Positions 58,526 to 64,000 of a stretch of 64,000 nt of DNA are shown piece after piece. How positions within the stretch are numbered: position 1 is the stretch's first letter; the number at the start of each line of letters is the position of its first letter. This stretch comes from Spirochaetaceae bacterium. GTDB lineage: Bacteria; Spirochaetota; Spirochaetia; DSM-2461. Made by a program: the position numbers and the translations under genes. The DNA is taken from contig JAOPTT010000010.1 in NCBI GenBank assembly GCA_051531975.1, positions 1 through 64,000 of the forward strand, written 5' to 3'. The notes under the pieces were generated by a model. That model was not told where the DNA came from. It did not search any database and saw only the letters and a program-made list of their open reading frames with translations.

Positions 58526-60256
58526 ATGGTTAAAAAAACAGTATTAAACAGATTTATTCAATATTATATTCCACATAAGAAGATATTCTTTATAGATATC
58601 ACATGTGCATTATTTATTGCTTTAATTGAACTAACATATCCTGCAGCTACAAGGTATATCCTTCAGAATGTACTACCTGAAAGTAATATGCCTAAGCTAT
58701 TTATAATTTTAGGTATATTACTATTTTTATATATTATATTAGCAGGTTTAACTTTTGTGGTTAATTATTGGGGACATATTATGGGTGTATATATGGAAAG
58801 CGATATGCGTCGTGACCTATTTACTCATATGCAGAAATTACCTTTTAAGTTTTATGATAATAACCGAACTGGGGAGTTAATGTCCCGAGTAGTAAATGAC
58901 CTTAATGAAGTCTCTGAACTGTCTCACCATGGGCCTGAGGATATATTTTTGTCCGTTATAATGTTAGTTGGTTCATTTATATATTTAGTACAGGTAGAGT
59001 GGCATTTAGCAGTTATTATATTCTGTTTTATGATACCAACAATATTATGGTTTACTATAACTAGGCGTAAAAGTTTATCTAAGTCCTGGTCTAAAGTTAG
59101 AGAAAAAATGGGTGAAATTAATTCTAGCCTAGAGAACTCAATTGCAGGTATTAGAGTAGCAAGAGCTTTTACAAATGAAAAACAGGAAAAAGCAAAATTT
59201 AAAGAGAGTAATTACAAATTTCGTGGTGCAAAACGTGGGGCATATAAGGCTATGTCGTTATACCAAACTGGAGTTACTTTTTTAATGACCTTATTAAATG
59301 TAATTGTTTTAGCTGTAGGTGGAGTAATGGTTTCTAAAGGGACTATTGATATACCAGATCTTTTAGCTTTTATGTTATATATAGGTTTAGTTACTCACCC
59401 TATTAAAATGTTTACAGGGTTCACACAGCAGTATCAAAAAGGTATGGCTGGATTCAAAAGATTTTGTGAAATAATTGATGTAGAACCAGATATTATTGAT
59501 TCAGAAGGTGCTGTTAAACTGAAAAAGGCAAAAGGTGATATTATTTTAGAAAATATTTCTTTTAGCTACGATGATGAAAATCATATACTTAAAAATATTA
59601 GTCTTGAAGTGACCGCAGGTCAAACAGTTGCAATAGTTGGACCTACAGGTGCTGGGAAAACAACTCTTTGTCACCTAATACCTAGGTTTTACGAATTAGG
59701 AACTGGAAAAATTACAGTTGATGGTATCAGTATTAAAGATATTACATTAGAGAGTCTACGAAAATCTGTAGGATTAGTTCAACAGGATGTATTTTTATTT
59801 ACTGGTACAGTTAAAGATAATATTTTATATGGTAAACCAGATGCTACTAACGATGAGTTAATAGACGCAGCTAAGAGAGCTGAAATTGATGAATTTGTAA
59901 TGTCATTAGAAAATGGTTACGATACTTGGATTGGAGAAAAGGGTATTTTACTCTCTGGAGGTCAAAAACAGAGAATAGCAATAGCTAGAGCTTTCTTAAA
60001 AAATCCGCCAATTTTAATTTTAGATGAAGCAACATCGGCACTTGATAACCAGACTGAGAGAAAAATCCAAAAGGCTTTAGAGGAACTTAGCCGTGGAAGA
60101 ACTTCCTTAGTAATTGCACATAGATTATCAACTGTAGTTCATGCTGATAAAATAGTTGTATTAACATCTGAGGGAATTGAAGATCAGGGGACACACGAAG
60201 AATTGTTTGAGAGGGATGGCCTTTACAAGAATTTATATAATTCTCAATTTATATAA
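58526..60256 (+). CDS. ABC exporter, fused permease/ATPase (MsbA-like)
   Basis: SELSHHGPED, GPTGAGKTT, LSGGQKQR, ILDEATSALD; ATG 58526 follows promoter TTGATT-17-GATAAT. Confidence 0.9.
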   Translation: MVKKTVLNRFIQYYIPHKKIFFIDITCALFIALIELTYPAATRYILQNVLPESNMPKLFIILGILLFLYIILAGLTFVVNYWGHIMGVYMESDMRRDLFTHMQKLPFKFYDNNRTGELMSRVVNDLNEVSELSHHGPEDIFLSVIMLVGSFIYLVQVEWHLAVIIFCFMIPTILWFTITRRKSLSKSWSKVREKMGEINSSLENSIAGIRVARAFTNEKQEKAKFKESNYKFRGAKRGAYKAMSLYQTGVTFLMTLLNVIVLAVGGVMVSKGTIDIPDLLAFMLYIGLVTHPIKMFTGFTQQYQKGMAGFKRFCEIIDVEPDIIDSEGAVKLKKAKGDIILENISFSYDDENHILKNISLEVTAGQTVAIVGPTGAGKTTLCHLIPRFYELGTGKITVDGISIKDITLESLRKSVGLVQQDVFLFTGTVKDNILYGKPDATNDELIDAAKRAEIDEFVMSLENGYDTWIGEKGILLSGGQKQRIAIARAFLKNPPILILDEATSALDNQTERKIQKALEELSRGRTSLVIAHRLSTVVHADKIVVLTSEGIEDQGTHEELFERDGLYKNLYNSQFI

Positions 60257-60607
60257 TTAGTCTCTTAATAAATTTAATATTTTACCAATCTCAAATGGTT
60301 TACCAACAAGATCGATAGCTCCTAAATTCAGAGCTTCTACAGCTCTAGGATCTGATATATTTGCTGTAATAATTAATATTTTAGCTTCAGATTTATTACT
60401 TAATATAGATCTGGTAATTTCTAAACCATCTTTTATAGGCATATTTAAGTCTACAAGTATAAGATCAAAATCTTCTTTACTTGCTATAGATTCTCCAACA
60501 AGGGGATTAATTTGACATGAAACACTATATCCTAAATCTTCAAATATCATCTCAATAGAATCAAGAATAATTTGTTCATCATCAATTACAAGAATCTTTT
60601 TACTCAA
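60257..60607 (-). CDS. Single-domain response regulator
   Basis: ILVIDDE, VDLNMP..DG, ITA, KPF; TTG start with GAGG SD. Confidence 0.88.
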   Translation of the reverse strand: MSKKILVIDDEQIILDSIEMIFEDLGYSVSCQINPLVGESIASKEDFDLILVDLNMPIKDGLEITRSILSNKSEAKILIITANISDPRAVEALNLGAIDLVGKPFEIGKILNLLRD

Positions 60608-60676
60608 GTTTAACCTCTTTGGAAGTTAGTATATAGTAATAGAATCATTAGATCAAATAATATACATTAAGATTAT

Positions 60677-60702
60677 ACCCCTCTACGGAAAGTAGAAGGG
60701 GT
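60677..60702 (-). terminator. Hairpin terminator after nfnB
   Basis: ACCCCTCTAC-GGAAA-GTAGAAGGGGT stem with one bulge. Confidence 0.65.
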
Positions 60703-60711
60703 TATTAAATT

Positions 60712-62184
60712 TTATTTGTTTTTTAAATCTGCTGTAATTGTAGCAGCGGCTGTTCTTCCTTCACCCATTGCAAGTATTACTGTTGCTGCACCTAATACAA
60801 TATCTCCACCGGCGTATACACCTTTCATGGAACATCTATTATGATCATCAACTATAATATTACCCCAAGGGTTAGTTTCTAACTCGGTAGTAGTCTGTTT
60901 AATTAGGGGATTTGAACCATTACCAAGAGCAGGAATTACTGTATCCATTTCCATCATGAATTCACTTCCCTTTATAGCTATAGGTCTTCGTCTACCTGAA
61001 TCATCAGGTTCACCTAGTTCATATTTAAGACACTCAATAGAGATAACTCTGCCATCTTCGTCACCTAATATTTTTGTAGGGTTAGTTAAGAAGTGAAAAT
61101 TTATTCCCTCTTCTTCAGCATGGTCTATCTCTTCAGCTCTAGCTGGCATCTCAGTTTTAGTACGTCTGTAAATAACATTAACTTCTTCAGCACCTAAACG
61201 TAGAGCCATTCTTGCAGCATCCATAGCAACATTACCACCGCCTAATACGGCTACTTTTTTAGAATGATAAATAGGAGTATCCACATTATCTCTATCGTAT
61301 GCCTTCATTAGATTTGATCTTGTTAAATATTCATTTGCAGAGAATACACCAATAAGGTTTTCTCCTGGAATATTCATGAATTTTGGAAGCCCTGCACCAC
61401 TACCAATAAAAACAGCATTAAAACCATCTTTATTAATTAAGTCTTCTATGGTTCTTGTTCTTCCTACTAAAAAGTTCATATTAAATTTAACACCAATCTT
61501 TTTTAATGTATCAATCTCTTTCTGAACAATTTTTTTAGGTAATCTAAATTCAGGGATACCATATATCATTACTCCACCAGGTTTGTGGAAAGCTTCAAAA
61601 ACTTCTACATCGTGACCTTCCTGACGTAGATCAGCCGCGGCTGCTAAACCTGCAGGGCCTGAACCAACTACTGCAACTTTAGAACCTGTTGATTCTTTAA
61701 CAAAAGGTAGTTTAATCTGATTAGACTCCCTTTCAAAGTCTGCAACAAATCGTTCAACTCTACCTATAGCCACAGCTTTCATTGGGTCTTTTAAAGATTT
61801 ACCAACTGTACATGTCAACATACACTGAGTTTCCTGAGGACATACTCTTCCACATATTGCAGGTAACAGACTAGATTTTTTAATTATATCAACAGATTTT
61901 TGAAAATCACCTTCTCCAGATGCTGCTAAAAACCCAGGAATATCAATTCCCACTGGACAGCCTGCAATACAAGGGGCATTTTTACACTGTAAACAACGCA
62001 TCGATTCAACAACTGCCTGTTCCTTAGTATAACCCAGAGCAACCTCATACTGATTACTACCTCTAATTATAGGATCCTGAGCTGGCATATCCTGCTGAGG
62101 AATTGCCATTCTCTCTTTAGCTTTAAGTTCAGTAGATCTATCTTTTAAGTCTTTATATATCTGTACTGTATTTACAAAACTCAC
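60712..62184 (-). CDS. nfnB: NfnB / SudA (GltD-like) large subunit of NADH-dependent ferredoxin:NADP+ oxidoreductase
   Basis: RCLQCKNAPC..GCP, CGRVCPQETQC, GSGPAG, YGIPEFRLP, GGGNVAMDAAR, AGGDIV.GAATVILAMG. Confidence 0.88.
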   Translation of the reverse strand: MSFVNTVQIYKDLKDRSTELKAKERMAIPQQDMPAQDPIIRGSNQYEVALGYTKEQAVVESMRCLQCKNAPCIAGCPVGIDIPGFLAASGEGDFQKSVDIIKKSSLLPAICGRVCPQETQCMLTCTVGKSLKDPMKAVAIGRVERFVADFERESNQIKLPFVKESTGSKVAVVGSGPAGLAAAADLRQEGHDVEVFEAFHKPGGVMIYGIPEFRLPKKIVQKEIDTLKKIGVKFNMNFLVGRTRTIEDLINKDGFNAVFIGSGAGLPKFMNIPGENLIGVFSANEYLTRSNLMKAYDRDNVDTPIYHSKKVAVLGGGNVAMDAARMALRLGAEEVNVIYRRTKTEMPARAEEIDHAEEEGINFHFLTNPTKILGDEDGRVISIECLKYELGEPDDSGRRRPIAIKGSEFMMEMDTVIPALGNGSNPLIKQTTTELETNPWGNIIVDDHNRCSMKGVYAGGDIVLGAATVILAMGEGRTAAATITADLKNK

Positions 62185-63026
62185 TGTTCACCTACCTTAT
62201 TAAGACCAACTCGGCACTTATGTGTAGCGTGTTTTTCTTGAGTTGTATACGCTTTTTGTCGTAACATCATATTATCAAAATCAACTAAATGACCATCAAA
62301 TTCTGGTCCATCAACACAGACAAACTTAGTTTCATTTCCAACTGTAACTCTACAACCACCACACATTCCTGTGCCGTCAACCATAATAGTATTTAAACTA
62401 ACCATAGTTTTAACTTTAAATGGTCTTGTTGTTTCTGATACAAACTTCATCATTATTGGAGGCCCAATTCCAACTACTTCGTTTGGTATACCTGCTTCAC
62501 ATAGTTCTTTTAAAGGTGCTGTAACTAGATCTTTACGGCCGTATGATCCATCGTCTGTACAGACAATAAGTTCATCAGACCATTTTTTCATTTCATCTTC
62601 CATAATTAAAAGATCTTTGTTTCTAGCGCCAATAATAGTGATAACTTTGTTCCCAGCTTTTTTATATGCTTGTACAATAGGGTGCATTGGTGCAACACCA
62701 ATTCCCCCACCTACACATATTACTGTTCCAACATTTTCTATATGTGTTGGTGTACCAAGAGGTCCTAAAACACTCTCGATTGAGTCCCCTACTTCAAATT
62801 CAGAAAGATGAATTGTAGTTTTACCAACAGCCTGATATATAATAGTAATTGTTCCAGCTTTCTCGTCAGCATCAGCGATAGTTAAGGGGATTCTCTCCCC
62901 AAAGTTATTATCTATCTGAAGAATTATAAATTGCCCAGCTTTTCGACTTTCAGCTATATATGGAGCCTCAAGAACCATCTTAAATACATCTGCAGATAAC
63001 TTCTCTTTTTTAATGATTTTATTCAT
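62181..63026 (-). CDS. nfnA: NfnA / SudB small subunit (FAD, 2Fe-2S)
   Basis: GQFII, GERIPLTIAD, GPLG.P, GGGIG.AP, GPPIMMK, MVDGTGMCGGCRV...CVDGPEFDGH. Confidence 0.9.
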   Translation of the reverse strand: MNKIIKKEKLSADVFKMVLEAPYIAESRKAGQFIILQIDNNFGERIPLTIADADEKAGTITIIYQAVGKTTIHLSEFEVGDSIESVLGPLGTPTHIENVGTVICVGGGIGVAPMHPIVQAYKKAGNKVITIIGARNKDLLIMEDEMKKWSDELIVCTDDGSYGRKDLVTAPLKELCEAGIPNEVVGIGPPIMMKFVSETTRPFKVKTMVSLNTIMVDGTGMCGGCRVTVGNETKFVCVDGPEFDGHLVDFDNMMLRQKAYTTQEKHATHKCRVGLNKVGEQ

Positions 63027-63032
63027 ATACTC

Positions 63033-64000
63033 TTATTTCTCCTGGCTATTAAGATAAATGTCTATACCTTTTGCACCTGAGTGACCATTTGCGATAGCTG
63101 AAATAGCATCTTTTTTACTATTTGCAATATCTCCACCTGCAAAAATCTTTTTGTCTCCGGTTTGCTTAAACTCATTAACTTCAACCATTCCCCAGTTAAA
63201 CTTAATTTTATTTGCAATTTCTTCTGGTAAGAACTCATAATTTGCTTTTTGTCCAATAGCTGGAATAATTGTATCACACTCTATACACTCTTCACTACCC
63301 TCAATCTTCACTGGTCTAGGTCTTCCACCCTTAGGATCTGGAACCATTTCTGCCATGGCATAATATAGTTTAAGTCTGGTTTTATCACCTTTTTCTACTC
63401 TTAGCGGAATAGCTTGAGTAATAATGTCACAGCCCTCTCCCTGACTCTCATGAATCTCTTCTACATCAGCTGGCATATCTACGATTCTACGTCTATATAA
63501 AACAGTTACATCGGCCTTGAAACGTCTACTTGTTCTTGCTGCATCCATGGCAACATTTCCACCACCAACAACTACAACAGAACCACCAATATCAGGAGCC
63601 TGTCCACCTGTTACATCGTCTAATATTTTTAAACCGTTAATAACACCTGGTAGATCCTCTCCGGGAATATCTAGACCATAAGGAATAGTTAAACCTGTTG
63701 AGAAATAAATAGCATCGAAGTGTTCATATAATTCTTTAAAATCTTTATCTACTCCAATTCTTACTTTCTGCTCTATTTTTACACCTAAACCTTCAATGTA
63801 AGTTATGTCTTTATCAATCTGATCATAAGGAAGTCTATATTCAGGAATACCATAACGTAACATTCCACCAGCTTTATCGTTACCATCAAAAACTGTTACA
63901 CCATAACCTAATAATCTTAGATAATAAGCAGCTCCTAAACCACCAGGTCCTGAACCTATTACAGCGATATTTTTGCCATTGTCTGGTTCACATGCCTGAA
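63033..64000 (-). CDS. GltD-like FAD/NAD(P)-dependent oxidoreductase, 5' end outside window
   Basis: Frame stays open from 63863 to the edge, giving NIAVIGSGPGGLGAAYYL...GGMLRYGIPEYRLP; GGGNVAMDAAR; AGGDIA. Confidence 0.85.
   Translation of the reverse strand, partial: QACEPDNGKNIAVIGSGPGGLGAAYYLRLLGYGVTVFDGNDKAGGMLRYGIPEYRLPYDQIDKDITYIEGLGVKIEQKVRIGVDKDFKELYEHFDAIYFSTGLTIPYGLDIPGEDLPGVINGLKILDDVTGGQAPDIGGSVVVVGGGNVAMDAARTSRRFKADVTVLYRRRIVDMPADVEEIHESQGEGCDIITQAIPLRVEKGDKTRLKLYYAMAEMVPDPKGGRPRPVKIEGSEECIECDTIIPAIGQKANYEFLPEEIANKIKFNWGMVEVNEFKQTGDKKIFAGGDIANSKKDAISAIANGHSGAKGIDIYLNSQEK

Noticed and set aside
3060..63277. Short antisense or out-of-frame ORFs in the track (e.g. 3060-3266, 4086-4361, 7965-8402, 25839-26054, 46319-46858, 49722-50012, 57991-58344, 62371-62811)
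   Set aside because: They lie within well-supported genes, lack recognisable motifs, and have the composition expected of shadow ORFs.
1..64000. rRNA, tRNA, known riboswitches, IS elements, integrases, prophage
   Set aside because: No recognisable signatures by eye; intergenic spaces are short and AT-rich. An Infernal/tRNAscan run would be needed for certainty.

Overview
AT-rich bacterial chromosomal segment, densely coding (about 58 CDS). I found no rRNA, tRNA, CRISPR array, transposase or phage genes. The gene set points to a free-living anaerobic or aerotolerant spirochaete (inference): a short Smc next to a PUR-domain protein, FapA/DUF342, Cache-domain receptors and a sigma54 psp locus. 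Left to right: PUR-smc-membrane protein-TPR lipoprotein operon; pflA, OFA-family MFS, csp, dbpA; Cache adenylate cyclase; envelope repeat proteins; ModF-like ATPase; MATE pump; hemerythrin/REC/HD-GYP/REC-Hpt/FapA signalling cluster; Crp-HAD-methyltransferase with a divergent DMT; ABC exporters; cinA; GH94 phosphorylase; msrBA; two orphan Cache histidine kinases; HCF101-like Mrp/ApbC; mntP; satP; two MCPs (one hemerythrin-fused); DUF1893-metal ABC operon; tpx; pspAC; orphan PTS EIIC; nfnAB with a GltD-like gene cut by the window edge. Most notable observations: (1) a bacterial PUR protein with two tandem PUR repeats; (2) an adjacent histidine kinase and chemoreceptor that share a duplicated sensor module, next to an acetate permease; (3) a recurrent leaderless-mRNA promoter layout; (4) a candidate O2/redox to c-di-GMP to motility module with a variant hemerythrin; (5) several clear operators and promoters (MerR-type, sigma54 plus UAS, Fur/PerR-like, Crp-family palindrome) and an unannotated 13-codon sORF. 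All calls come from motif recognition by eye; no database searches were run.
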